A DNA stretch of 57,333 bases, counting the filler, from Catajapyx aquilonaris (taxonomy: Eukaryota): assembly GCA_000934665.2 (NCBI GenBank). It is 3 parts of 3 records of this genome, joined end to end, with 100 filler letters (N's around TTAATTAATTAA, not from the genome) between each part and the next. Parts side by side here need not be neighbours in the genome. Positions count along the whole stretch, not along the records: positions 1 to 19,044 come from JYFJ02006540.1; positions 19,145 to 38,197 come from JYFJ02006541.1; 1 more part is not named here. One strand, given 5' to 3'. The translations under genes and the position numbers were made by a program. Every line of letters starts with the position of its first letter. Positions within the stretch are counted from its first letter, which is position 1. The notes beneath the pieces were generated by a model, which was given only the letters and a program-made list of their open reading frames with translations, was not told where the DNA came from and searched no databases. This document shows, one piece after another, positions 13,044 through 24,230 of this stretch.

Positions 13044-13255
13044 CAGTCCCAAGCATAAAGTTGGAGATGGCAGGCCCTCCCCTTTGGCAGGGTGCTCTGC
13101 CAATCCCCGCCATTACAGTATCAAATATACGGTTATAAATACACGAACACATGCCTAAAGCAGCTAACTCTGCCTAAAAAGAGTTCATTAATTTGAGTCT
13201 GATAAAGAAAGGTCAGAGAAGGCCCGCAGCTTCTCCGACTTTATGCTCGTGACTG
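13044..13255. mobile_element. Tc1/mariner-type MITE
   Basis: TA|CAGTCCCAAGCATAAAGTTGGAGA...TCTCCGACTTTATGCTCGTGACTG|TA. Confidence 0.75.
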
Positions 13256-13759
13256 TACCTGTAGTTGTTCTATAAATTACACTGGTCAACAATAATTTTA
13301 TTACATGAACGATTTTAGCTGTTTATTATGCATTCATAGGCGCTGATTTTGACTGAAATTAGAAATTTTATTTCCATCCATTATCTTGTAACAAACCTAC
13401 TTTTTTTTTCTAGACAGTATATACTGCACATTGCACAACAACACCTTATGCATGTTTTAAAATAATGTAATTCCACATGAGGATTTCAGCTTATCTATTG
13501 CTATCACAATAGGGGCAACACAGGTAATCCATTAATTAAGTCCTATTAGTCATTACTTATTCACAAATTACACTATATGGGATTCCAAAGTGTTTGACTT
13601 TGTTGCCATTAAAATGCCTATTACTTGTACTCAAAAACTGTGAGTTATACAAGGAATGTGTTAACATATTTGAAATCAGCACAAAAAAAAACGATAGGAT
13701 CTCATATTACCTGCACTTGAATCAAATGCAAATTCGTCTCTATGTTTTTGAGCGATATA

Positions 13760-14693
13760 CTTGCCCTGATCTGAAAATATTGGGACACCCCCAAAAAATG
13801 GAGTGGTGGGGTTATACACAGGATGTGATAAAAAGTTTCCATTAAGATTATCTGGACTTTAGAATGGATAATTATGAATAGTAACAATTGAGCTAGGAGG
13901 ATACCAAATTTGAAGTTCATTTGACAGTTAACAACTGAAATAAATACGATTATACCTTGGACAGTGAATTTCTGTGGGGTCTGGTAAAAATTGCTGCCAC
14001 TCTGTTTATTTCTTACTTAGCGGGATGTAAATGTTGATAATGAACCTGAGGGGCCGCACAAACCCAAAAACAGTTATGACATTAATTACAAAAAATCTAG
14101 CACAAAATAAAAAAATATTTATCGCAAGTGGATTTTTTCAGAAATTGATACACTTGGCTGTACCACATTTAACGGTGTTATTTATTAATAAATTAAAATG
14201 TGATAGTATTGTTTATCTAGAACTCAGTCCAATGTGCTATGATAAAAAATTTCATTACAATTAAAGTAAAATGGCTTTAAATATTCCTTAATTCAAAAAT
14301 GCACAGAAAATGGCATATCTGCAAGCCATGATAAATATTTTTTATTTTTGTGCTAGATTTTTTGTAATTAATGTCATAACTGTTTTTGGGTTTGTGCGGC
14401 CCCTCAGGTTCATTATCAACATTTACATCCCGCTAAGTAAGAAATAAACAGAGTGGCAGCAATTTTTACCAGACCCCACAGAAATTCACTGTCCAAGGTA
14501 TAATCGTATTTATTTCAGTTGTTAACTGTCAAATGAACTTCAAATTTGGTATCCTCCTAGCTCAATTGTTACTATTCATAATTATCCATTCTAAAGTCCA
14601 GATAATCTTAATGGAAACTTTTTATCACATCCTGTGTATAACCCCACCACTCCATTTTTTGGGGGTGTCCCAATATTTTCAGATCAGAGCAAG
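13760..14693. mobile_element. Young fold-back MITE with ~360-bp near-identical arms (Tc1/mariner-like, TA TSD)
   Basis: TA|CTTGCCCTGATCTGAAAATATTGGGACACCC...GGGTGTCCCAATATTTTCAGATCAGAGCAAG|TA. Mirror ORFs 13702(-) and 14533(+) have identical translations over the arms. Confidence 0.9.
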
Positions 14694-14793
14694 TAGTACA
14701 TGTAACAAAAGAGGTTCAATAATGTTGATCAGTTGTATCAGTGCAGAAAACATGACATCTGCTGTTCTTGTGTAAGGTGCATTTTTTTCTTGT

Positions 14794-15391
14794 CAGTAAA
14801 ACTTCTATAAGTCGAATCTCCACGGGACCGAGAAAAAACTTCGAGTTATAGAAGATTCGAGTTAGAGAAGTTTGGAATTTTTAAAGCACAGAACTCTATA
14901 AGGAAGCCTACCGTTATATCCAGCGACAAAAAGTGTTCGAAACTTAAAAATAACTGTCACTATCACACTTACAATGTTCCTCATTGTTTTGTTGCAAAAA
15001 AAATCCTTTATGGACATTTGCCTACTCTTAGATTCAAGGATTCAATTGTCACAATCGAGTCAAACACTTCTTTCGGTACGTCTGGTACACGGAGATCAGG
15101 AAATTGAGCCTTTCTGTACATGTGGCCTACTCTCGACCCTTCGGCTGGGAAATGAGACAATATTCCGTACTCGCCGACATGAACTTGGACTTAGGGAGAC
15201 TTAAAATGCATTTATATCCCATCGTAAGGCCCTGCCTGCACTTCGAGTAATGGAGAACTTCGAGTTATAGAAATTCGAGGTAGGGAAGTTCGTTTCCTAT
15301 TATTTAACATTGTGACAAACCAAGCTCATCATTTCCTTCGACTTATAGAGAACTTCCACTTAGGGAAGTCCGACTTATAGAGGTTTTACTG
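14794..15391. mobile_element. pogo/Tigger-like MITE
   Basis: TIRs CAGTAAAACTTCTATAAGTCG / CGACTTATAGAGGTTTTACTG, followed by TA on the right. Subterminal TTCGAGTTATAG repeats. Confidence 0.8.
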
Positions 15392-15976
15392 TATTTTATT
15401 TTGTCTCTTTACAACTGTCCTTTTGCATTGCTATTGAACCATTAAGACCGCATGGATTGCAACTATGAGGTAGTGGTCATAACTTATTTTCGACAATTTT
15501 TGACATGTGGTTTTTGTAAAAAAGGCTTCAATTATTCATTTATGTCATTGAAGGGGAAGATTTTAACTTGTAGCAGCCCCCCGCAGCTCCCACGATATGG
15601 TAGTGAAATATAATAGTCCCCGCCAGCCTGGAATTTCCTTTCCACAGGCATCTTACAATTTGGGTGAATGCCTGAACCAACCCAAACCATCCTTTCCCCC
15701 CCAGCTTGGTCCAGAGGGCATTCACAGATCGCCAGTCAGCCACCTGAATCATAAGAGCCCTGTGGGGCCACGCCAGCGCCAAATTCCAGGCTGGCGGGGA
15801 CTCATATTATACTACCATCACCATAGGGCTATGTTGGGAGTTGCGGGGGCTGCTTCGTAGTAATAAATTAATCCTGTCTTTTGACATAATTAATAAGTAT
15901 TCAAAAATGTTGGTTTCTGAGGATGTCACATTTGGGCCAGGTACCTGACTGCATTTATTATCATAACATAAGAATT

Positions 15977-16046
15977 GATGAATGAAGAATGAATGAATGA
16001 ATGAATGAATGAATGAATGAATGAATGAATGAATGAATGAAGAATG
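15977..16046. repeat. (GAAT)n microsatellite
   Basis: Read directly from sequence. Confidence 0.95.
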
Positions 16047-16317
16047 ACAGACCTCTGGGGACTCTTTGGGGATCTTTTTTAAAGTGCCCCCCATCTTTAT
16101 GCAATTGCTTTGCTCCTAGTATCTGATTGCATTTACTGTGCTGAATCAAGAAGTGAGATCTGTTGTATTCAGGTTTTCCATGAACATGGTTCCAATGACT
16201 CTTAGGTGTATGCGTGTGACTGGCAAAGCAATTGTAATGAAATGACTGCTTCACATTGTGGAATTACTATTAATATTGCTCTCTTTGCGATATATTTACA
16301 TAGGATTTATGTTTTAG

Positions 16318-16419
16318 AGTTGCCACTTACTGGAAAAAATGGACCTCGAAGAGTGCGTACAGATTACGGATGCAACGCTGACGTACCTGGCCATGGGCTG
16401 TCCACTTCTTGAAAAACTG
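16318..16419 (+). CDS. FBXL20: FBXL2/FBXL20-family internal exon
   Basis: TTTTAG acceptor and GTCAGC donor, 102 nt. Encodes SCHLLEKMDLEECVQITDATLTYLAMGCPLLEKL, in frame with the previous exon. Not in this frame in the ORF track. Confidence 0.9.
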
Positions 16420-16501
16420 GTCAGCCGTGTTCCAATTTTACTTCCATATTTTAAATGAACTCATTAAAAATCCATTTTATAAAAACATCTGCCTCTTCCA
16501 G

Positions 16502-16714
16502 AGTTTGTCACATTGTGAACTGATCACAGATGAAGGAATTCGTCAGCTGGGCATTTCACCATGTTCAGCAGAGCATTTGACTGTCCTGGAGTTAGATAAC
16601 TGTCCCCTCATCACTGATGATTCCTTAGAGCATCTTGTGTCTTGCCACAATCTGCAACGCATTGAGCTTTATGATTGTCAGCTGATAACCAGAGTTGGAA
16701 TCCGGCAGCTGAGG
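16502..16714 (+). CDS. FBXL20: FBXL2/FBXL20-family exon (probably penultimate)
   Basis: CAG acceptor and GTGAGT donor, 213 nt. Encodes SLSHCELITDEGIRQLG...LTVLELDNCPLITDDSLEHLVSCHNLQRIELYDCQLITRVGIRQLR. Confidence 0.92.
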
Positions 16715-17059
16715 GTGAGTCATGTTGATTGTCTAGAAGAGGCATTGGTTTGGAATTTTATTGGTGGCCTGTGAGAATTTTCATGTTTAGGTGACAGGTT
16801 ATTAGTATCCATAACAAACTGGGGCCTGGTTCTTTGCCATGCTTTTCACTAAGAACTATTAGTGTTGAAGTAAAAAGTGTAACAAAGGATGGCTAGGCTA
16901 CAGTTTATCTGCACCTCGACGACGCGGTCGGGGTTGGGCGGGCGGGTGGGCCTCCCTACGGTTGGCAAAGGTGCATCTCAAACAATTGGGTGCATTGATA
17001 CTGCTGCCAAATTCGAATGCCTTCATGCTTTGCTTGGTTAGAGGGGATAATTATACAAT

Positions 17060-17730
17060 GAAGCAGGGAGAATTGAAGGTCCAGGTCACATTGTAGAAAT
17101 TGACGAAACCGAAATCGGTTAGTGTTTGCATCCTTCACGCTTTCTTTTACCATGACAGATATGTGGAGGGGTTATAATGGGGTTAATGCTGCAATCATGT
17201 CACTGTTAACCATTCTCTCCTCTTTGTGGATCCTGTGACTTGGGCAAACACTCAAGTAATCAAGTCGCAATGGCTCCCCTTGAAAGCAAAAGTAGTGTAA
17301 CCGGATCGGGTTACGAGAAACAAAACGGAACTTGGCTGATGTACGACTTTAATGTCCTTGCGGAGGGGTTATAATACATGTCACTCGTAAAGGAACAACT
17401 AGGTGAGGAGAGTATAGGGGAAGGATCCGGACCGGGAGACGGCTCAGTCTCTACTGGCCTCGAGCCCAATGGAGCGCCTCCCGATCTGCGCAATGCGAGA
17501 TGGGAGTCGGAGCAGCGTAAGGTCACGTGCCAGGAGTATGGATCAGATTTACAAGGTAGTGCAAGACAGGGAAATGAAATTGCGCAATACCGTTACAGTA
17601 GGAAAGGGTGGAATACCAAAGGCCACATTTTTTCTTCACCTTGCCGAGTATCTGTGGCGGAGGAGGATGAAAAGGACAGGAAATGATCCATTCATTGGAT
17701 TCGTGTCTGTTTGCTCAAAGCTGTATTATG
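17060..17730 (+). pseudogene. Merlin (IS1595/ISXO2-like) DDE transposase relic, interrupted by a solo LTR
   Basis: Motifs IEGPGHIVEIDE, TDMWRGY, VTVNHSLLFVDPVTWANTQVIKSQW and HLAEYLWRRR...NDPF match the Merlin transposase pattern. Frameshifted and internally deleted. Confidence 0.8.
17296..17597 (-). mobile_element. Solo LTR (probably Ty3/Gypsy)
   Basis: TGTAAC...GTTACA termini with 4-bp TSD GTAG (17292-17295, 17598-17601). TATA-like and ATTAAA motifs on the minus strand. Confidence 0.8.
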
Positions 17731-19044
17731 TTTGTTACATGGAACTGTGCTTTATTATTCTTTTCCAGTCTTTGGGGGATTCTATTCGGGACAGATTTTG
17801 AGGTGATTATAGGATGGAATAGCCCTTTGTGTTGGTGATGCTTATGGCTTTTTGTTACCACAACAGTACTGTCCATTGCTGTGGCCCTGCCAGGCACAGG
17901 CGACACGTCGCCTGTGCGTGATATTTTTAGTTTTTGCGGAGTCATGCGGAGCTGGGCGCTCATTTTAGGTTTGTATACGCCAACCATGCAGTCCGCATTG
18001 TGCGCCGCAGGCCAACAAATGTTACTGTGGCTTTGGCAGCCGCAAAGTTTACTTTCACACAGTCCTTTAAACCAACGAACGACATGACGTCATGTTTGGA
18101 GCCCACCCCACCCTCCCAACGCCACCCCGTCGCTACGTGCGGATAGACGATAGACTTTCCTAAAGAACTAAGGTTACTAATATTTCTATATAATTTAGGA
18201 AGTGGGTTTGTGGGTTTGTTCGCTATAGAAATCCAGGGGGAGGGCCCTATCCTAGGGTTACTTTTTACGAGGAATTTAATGCCGCATGTTTCAGCTTCCG
18301 ACAATGAGCCTAACTCGCACAACACCCGTAACTCCTCTCATTTCTCCCCTCAACAATATGCCACTTACCAATATGACATATCAATATCAACAATATCCAA
18401 CTCAATTTCCCACCGATTTCCTGCCATCCGTCATAAGATATCTCACGACTCTCTTTTTTACACGTCCTATCGCTGTAAATTATATGCATCTGTCAACTCG
18501 CTAACCGAGGTGTGATGCTCACCTCACATGATTTCATATCATGTATAGGGGGCCCGCCCTTACTTCAACCTCACATCATCTTTTTGTTTACTGACTCCTA
18601 GTCAACGGAAATCTGCCAAATGTACCCCTGGAACCGCACACTTTTATAGTAATTCCAGGGGGGGAAACCACAATGGATTTCGTGAGATTTGGAAGTAAAC
18701 TGCCAGACACAAATGAAACCTGACCTACTTTACCCACTTTGAAAACAAAATTTCCCGCCAAGCATCTGTACATTTCTACAGGGGAAACACAGGGGATGCG
18801 GTGGGGGTGGGAGGTAGTGGGAGTGAAGGGGACAGAAATTTGGGGAAAAACCCAAGTGGTGGTACAATCATTTCTTGGGCCAACTCTATCTCCATTCATC
18901 TTTTTATATACCGTGAAGCGGGGTTACTTAATAGTCCAGTAACTTTCGACAAAAAAGGGGCATTTCTTCGGACTAATTTATACCCAAGGTTTTGTTTCAC
19001 ACAGAGCTTTGTTATGTCATTCTAAGTAAATCCTCAAAAGTCCC

Positions 19045-19143
19045 NNNNNNNNNNNNNNNNNNNNNNNNNNNNNNNNNNNNNNNNNNNNTTAATTAATTAA
19101 NNNNNNNNNNNNNNNNNNNNNNNNNNNNNNNNNNNNNNNNNNN
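19045..19143. other. Assembly gap/linker with six-frame stop TTAATTAATTAA
   Basis: N-run + TTAATTAATTAA (19089-19100) + N-run. Confidence 0.95.
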
Positions 19144-19467
19144 NTTTTTGCGTTCATTTCACTTCGCGTGACGTCAACATTTTCTAGGGAAACAGTGACG
19201 TCACCATTTCCCTACATAAAAACCCCAATTACTCCGGAACTAAAGCTGCTATCTTAAAACGGAATATGCCAAAAAAATCCAAAAAATATGGGCGAATTTA
19301 TTATGTAGTTTCCAAAATGAAGGCTAGGTCCCCATTACTGAAGTGAATGTGGCATACATAATTACTGAGGGAAATGAGGGTTCATGAATTGAGGAAGGCA
19401 GGGATTTTAAAATCCAAAAAAGAGCTTGACCTGATGGATGCTCTTTGCTTTCACTAAAATCATGAAC

Positions 19468-19812
19468 TTGGGGAGGCGAAGTGGCGCAACGGTAATGTTC
19501 GCGCCCACGGATGTTAAGGTCCCGGCGGATGTTAAGGTCCCGGGTTCGATCCCAACCCGGGGACACCCCCTTCATCTCGTGCAGAGTGAAGTGTCGTCTC
19601 TGACTTCGTCTCGGGTGGAATATCCACAGACTAATCCTCCCGGGGGAGCTCACAAAACGACCACGTGCGGACAAGGCACTGCACTTGCACATCCCCTCCT
19701 GTCATCCCTTCCTGCCCGTGGGCCCAGGTGTTGATAAATAGGATCCAAAAATGTGATGATTAATAAAGGTCCGGCAAGACCCCAATAGGGGTACACCTAT
19801 ACCCAATTATTA

Positions 19813-19878
<66 letters not shown>

Positions 19879-19880
19879 TA
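19468..19880 (+). mobile_element. tRNA-derived SINE, family B, with (ATT)n tail
   Basis: A-box GTGGCGCAACGGT, B-box GGTTCGATCCC, long (ATT)n tail. TSD AAAATCATGAAC at 19456-19467 and 19881-19892. Confidence 0.9.
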
Positions 19881-20075
19881 AAAATCATGAACATGGATAG
19901 CAGTGTATGCCAATTTACAGTGAGGCTGGTGTCTCATGTAATTGAGATAGTATGATGAGCATGATGTGAGGTCAACTTTTGCCAACCATGAGTCATTTTT
20001 ATGCCTCCCTTACCTGAAGGGTGAAGTGAAGAGAGAACAAATTAACTGAAGGTGCACTGCATATATTTTTTACAG

Positions 20076-20538
20076 CCATGGTAGTGGATATGGAACGTGA
20101 TTTGACCATGGATCTCTCCAAGACATGCTTCAAGTCAGCATATGACTGGCGATGTGTGGTGCTTGGAGGATCCTCTCGGGAGCGGAAGGAGCGCACCTTC
20201 TTTTTAAGCCTTCGTCGCTCAAATGTGTTCCGATGGGATGGTAACCGTTGGGAGAAGGTCAACTTGCGCTTGGAGCTGTCCCCAGAGACCTTGCTTTATG
20301 GGGAGCTGGTTTATGAGCTGCGGGGCTTTGAGAAGTCGCAGAAAAAAGTTTATTCTCTTCACATAATTGATGCCGTGATGCTTGGTGGTAACGACATCAG
20401 GCACCTGCATCTCAATTCCAGGCATGAAATGTGCACGAAGTTTGCCCGTGCCATGAACAAGCCCAGCCGGCCAGATTTTGTGTCGGTTAAAGTCAAGGAA
20501 CTGATTAGATTGGAGTCTGTTGAGACGATCTTTGAAAG
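20076..20538 (+). CDS. CMTR1: CMTR1-like cap-specific mRNA 2'-O-methyltransferase, C-terminal (guanylyltransferase-like) exon
   Basis: TACAG acceptor and GTAAGA donor. Encodes ...LELSPETLLYGELVYELRG...LHIIDAVMLGGNDIRHLHLNSRHEMCTKFARAMNKPSRPD.... Confidence 0.8.
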
Positions 20539-21467
20539 GTAAGAATTTGTAGATATATTTTGCACTAATATTGGAAAAGTTCCCCTGTGAAGTGAATTCC
20601 AAATTTAAAGCCACACCCCGTCTCCTTTATGTCATGTAATGCTGGCTGCTGTAGGTCCCTAGTGGGCATAATTTTCGTCTGCCCTGTCCCATTTGTCTTC
20701 CATAAGGTGACTCCCATAATAAAATGTGCCCCCCCCCCCCCCCCACCNATGTTCGCACTGCCCTTTTAACCTCCTCCTGCCTTTCTAACAAAATGCCCAC
20801 CTTTGCCCCCTGGTTAACCATGTTTTATATTGGCATGCTGTATATTGTGGGGTAATACAGTAAATTAAAATCAACAGCACAAGAAGGCTCTAAAGGAGCT
20901 TTGTTTTACCTGACTGAGTAGATTTAGGCTGCATCTTTAATAGTGGGTAGTGGGTAGAGCAGTAACATTGATGCAGCGCCCCCCCTTTTTTTTTTTTTGA
21001 AAAGCTAGTAGACAAACCTTTACTTGATCAATGAGGTCAGATGTGTGTGCACCTAGATAATGTTTCGTTCCAAACCACTTGCAAAAAATATTTCATTTAT
21101 TTATTTTGCCCCAAGGGGCACAGGCCAGTGAGGGGGAGATGGCCGGGGTTACAGTCAATAATGTAGATTGCACTCAGATCAAAGCATAGAAAGAAACAAA
21201 ACAAAGCCCGGGGAAAAAAAGGAATGAAGCAATGATATTCATTTCAGTATGTAAAAAATTAACACATTTAACCACATTTGGAAGAAAATTAAAGAGGCTA
21301 TTACAACTTTGCACATTATTTATCGTAACCACAAAAGATATGTTACTAAATAGCAAAATATCTAACAGCCAACGAAAGTGTACCCTAAGACAACAGTTTT
21401 TACAATTTTGATTACTAGCTTACTGCTATTCCTTGAACTGCAATTTTATTTATGAAATCTCCTTTAG

Positions 21468-21698
21468 ACTGGAAATGCAACTGGTGAAGGGTGGCAGGCC
21501 AGATGAGCCCAAGCTCGTATATGCCCTTCTACAAGAAGCGGAAAGCTACATTATTCCAACTGGAGTGATGTTCCTGAAAATGACAGAAGATCCATGGACA
21601 ATGGCACTCAGCAGGAAACAGAATCGGAAATACTGGTTCAATATTCGCAACAGCCTGTCATTATTTGAGTGCCCTAAGGACTCGATTGCGGGGTTCAT
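21468..21698 (+). CDS. CMTR1: CMTR1-like exon containing a WW-like domain
   Basis: TTTAG acceptor and GTGAGT donor, phase-consistent. Encodes EDPWTMALSRKQNRKYWFNIRNSLSLFECPKDSIAGF. Confidence 0.8.
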
Positions 21699-21771
21699 GT
21701 GAGTGCAGTGCTTGGAGTTGAGGGTCACACTCTTTCAAAACAAATGCTGATAACTTTTTGTGTATTCACAG

Positions 21772-21904
21772 GTCAAGTTTCCGGAAACGAGTTGTGTGGT
21801 GGTGGGATGCCGGAGTGAAAGTTCATGATTGTCAAGAAGCTAAAGTCAACAAGTTTCATCGCCATGATGTTGTGAACATGGTGCATGGGTTGCTACACAA
21901 GTGA
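21772..21904 (+). CDS. CMTR1: CMTR1-like terminal coding exon
   Basis: CACAG acceptor, phase 2. Encodes (M)SSFRKRVVWWWDAGVKVHDCQEAKVNKFHRHDVVNMVHGLLHK, stop TGA at 21902-21904. Confidence 0.75.
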
Positions 21905-22192
21905 GAAAAGACATTCTTTGAAAAGAAGTGCAACCAAACATGGGAGTTTGTGTTTGTTGAAATGCTGGTGTTAATGTGCATCAGTTCAAAACCAGACAGA
22001 AGTAACTATGTCACTACTTCTAAGAAGAGCTTCTAGAAGAAATCTGTGGCAGAGAGTTTGTTAATTACTCTCTAAGTGTTCTTTGGAATAGGTAGTGGAG
22101 GGAGGTTAACAAACTTGGTGCCACAATTATTTTTATGTTAGACCCTTAGGAAAGTCTCCTACCAGTACAATAGAGATTCTATAGGAAACATA

Positions 22193-23117
22193 CGAGGGTG
22201 AATCAGAAAGTAATTGAAAGCGTTTTTAATTCAGAAGTTTCAGTAGAGAAACTGAAACTGAGATATACGTGGGGCGTTCATAAAGTTCGTGCCTTTGGGT
22301 TGAAGCACGATCTAAGAATACTCAGGTCTGGTCACTCCCACCCACCCCCTGCCGGGGCGTTTTGCAGAAGGTGCTCACTTGAGAGTGCCATGAGACATTT
22401 CGGAGCCCAGGTAAGTGGCGACCCTACCAGACTAGGCTGAACTTTATAGGTACAAAAGGGAAGCGCTAAATTGGGGGACCCGACATGGTCGCCGGCGGCC
22501 ATTTTGGGCCCGCATGTAGCGCTTCCCTTTTGTACCTATAAAGTTCAGCCTAGAAGGCAGGGTCGCCACTTACCTGGGCTTGGAAATGTCTCATGGTGCT
22601 CTCAGGTGAGCACCCCCTGCAAAATGCCTCGGCAGGCGATAACATCAGAATGTAGTATAAGTGTCCGGGGGCTGGGTTGAAGTAAACGAGAGAAATGGTT
22701 CAAATTGCACACATGTGTTAGTCCTTCTCTCTATATTAATCCTGCAACCAGCGATGCATGACTTGTGGGACACACTTATTACCGAAGTCGACACTTTCCG
22801 CTTGAAAAAAGTTTTCAACCTCGGTAAGGTTAAGGAAATGTTGGCGATGTTCCTCTCTGAAGATGGCGATTTTTTCAACCGACTCATCATCACGGACGAA
22901 TGTTGGGTGTACCACTACGACCTAGGGACCAAATTAAAGAACAAGCAGTGGAAACAATCAGAACTCTCCACAGGGACAAGTGCACCAAAGTGTATGGTGA
23001 CTATGTCTAAAATTAGAGGAAGACTTGTCCTAATTCATATGCTATATCTTAGTTTCAGTTTCTCTAGGGAAACTTCTGAATTTACAAAGTCTTCAATTCC
23101 TTTCTGATTCGCCCTCG
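22193..23117 (+). mobile_element. Internally deleted mariner element
   Basis: TA|CGAGGGTGAATCAGAAAG...CTTTCTGATTCGCCCTCG|TA. Relic FFNRLIITDECWVYHYDLGTKLKNKQWK carries the mariner first-D motif. Confidence 0.85.
22320..22646. mobile_element. Asymmetric hairpin element, copy 1 (unclassified)
   Basis: Internal arms about 22348-22636 plus an unpaired 5' leader. Flanked by AGAAT direct repeats. Homologous to 54106-54423. Confidence 0.75.
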
Positions 23118-24230
23118 TATTATGCTTTGGAAGCTTTCCAAGATTTTGATGGAAAGGTGTGCAATAGAATTTGAAAAGTATAAGCCTAATTTGCAAGTGA
23201 TGTATAATTAACTGAGATGTAGAGGATGAAATATTGTGAATTTGTAATTTTATTCCATTTCAATTTGCCACAAGAATGATTGGAACATGCAAGAAGTTAA
23301 GTTAAGGTTAAGCAGCAGATGAAGCCTAATTTTTGGAGTTCATAAAATTCAATAGCTGACATTTAATGAAATTGATGTGTGCACTACTGGTTTTACATTG
23401 TAATACCCATTTGAAGTGATATCACACTGTGCAATAATTAGTATTGGACAGCCATGGATTGATTGCAATTATGTTTTAGTCAATAATATGCAACTCTGAA
23501 ATTGGAGATATCCATTGCCATGAAAATATAATTAAAATTTCTTCATGCTCCAGTTGCTTCCTGTGACCATTTGACTTATTTACAAATTGCCCATTCTCAA
23601 TGTTGACACATACTGGGTTCATTCCGATTAAAGTGAGCCAATCAACTGTACCTGGTCATGGTTATGAATAAGCCCAGGCAGCTTTCATCTAACCATGCAT
23701 GAAATTTTGTTGACATTAAAAAAATTCTGAAAGGGAATCCAACCTAACCTTAGGTGACCAAGGATTATGGGCAGGAGTAAGGAGGTGGAAAAAAAAAATG
23801 GAAGAGCTGCAATGATGACTTGGTATTCACAGTTTATTAAGTTTACTCCCCAAGATCACTGAGACACACGCCTAGTGCTGGACCAAGTGCGCCATCTGCC
23901 TCTGACAGTTGTGTTATGGAAATTCTCCATTGGTTAATGCAGCAATTTTATGGCAAGTGTATCAGTATTTGATCCTGCAGTGGGACAGGTGTCTCAGTGG
24001 TTTTGGGAAGTACCCTTGAGCAAATAATGCAGTCCAAGAAATCATGACTTCTCTTCTTTTTTTTTGCCTCTCTTTTCTTCCTCAGATTCCTCTGTGCCAC
24101 CTATCCTTGTGGCAATTGGGGCAGGTGTGGCCTGCAACGGGGGAGTCTCTTTTGTAAAATCATCTGGCCCTTCTGCCACTCAGATAGCAACAAAATTTGG
24201 TCCATTGGTAGATGTGATATGTTGGGATTA

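Noticed and set aside
19089..19100. TTAATTAATTAA as a biological motif (also 38242-38253)
   Set aside because: It sits identically in the middle of N-runs, which marks it as an artificial six-frame-stop linker.
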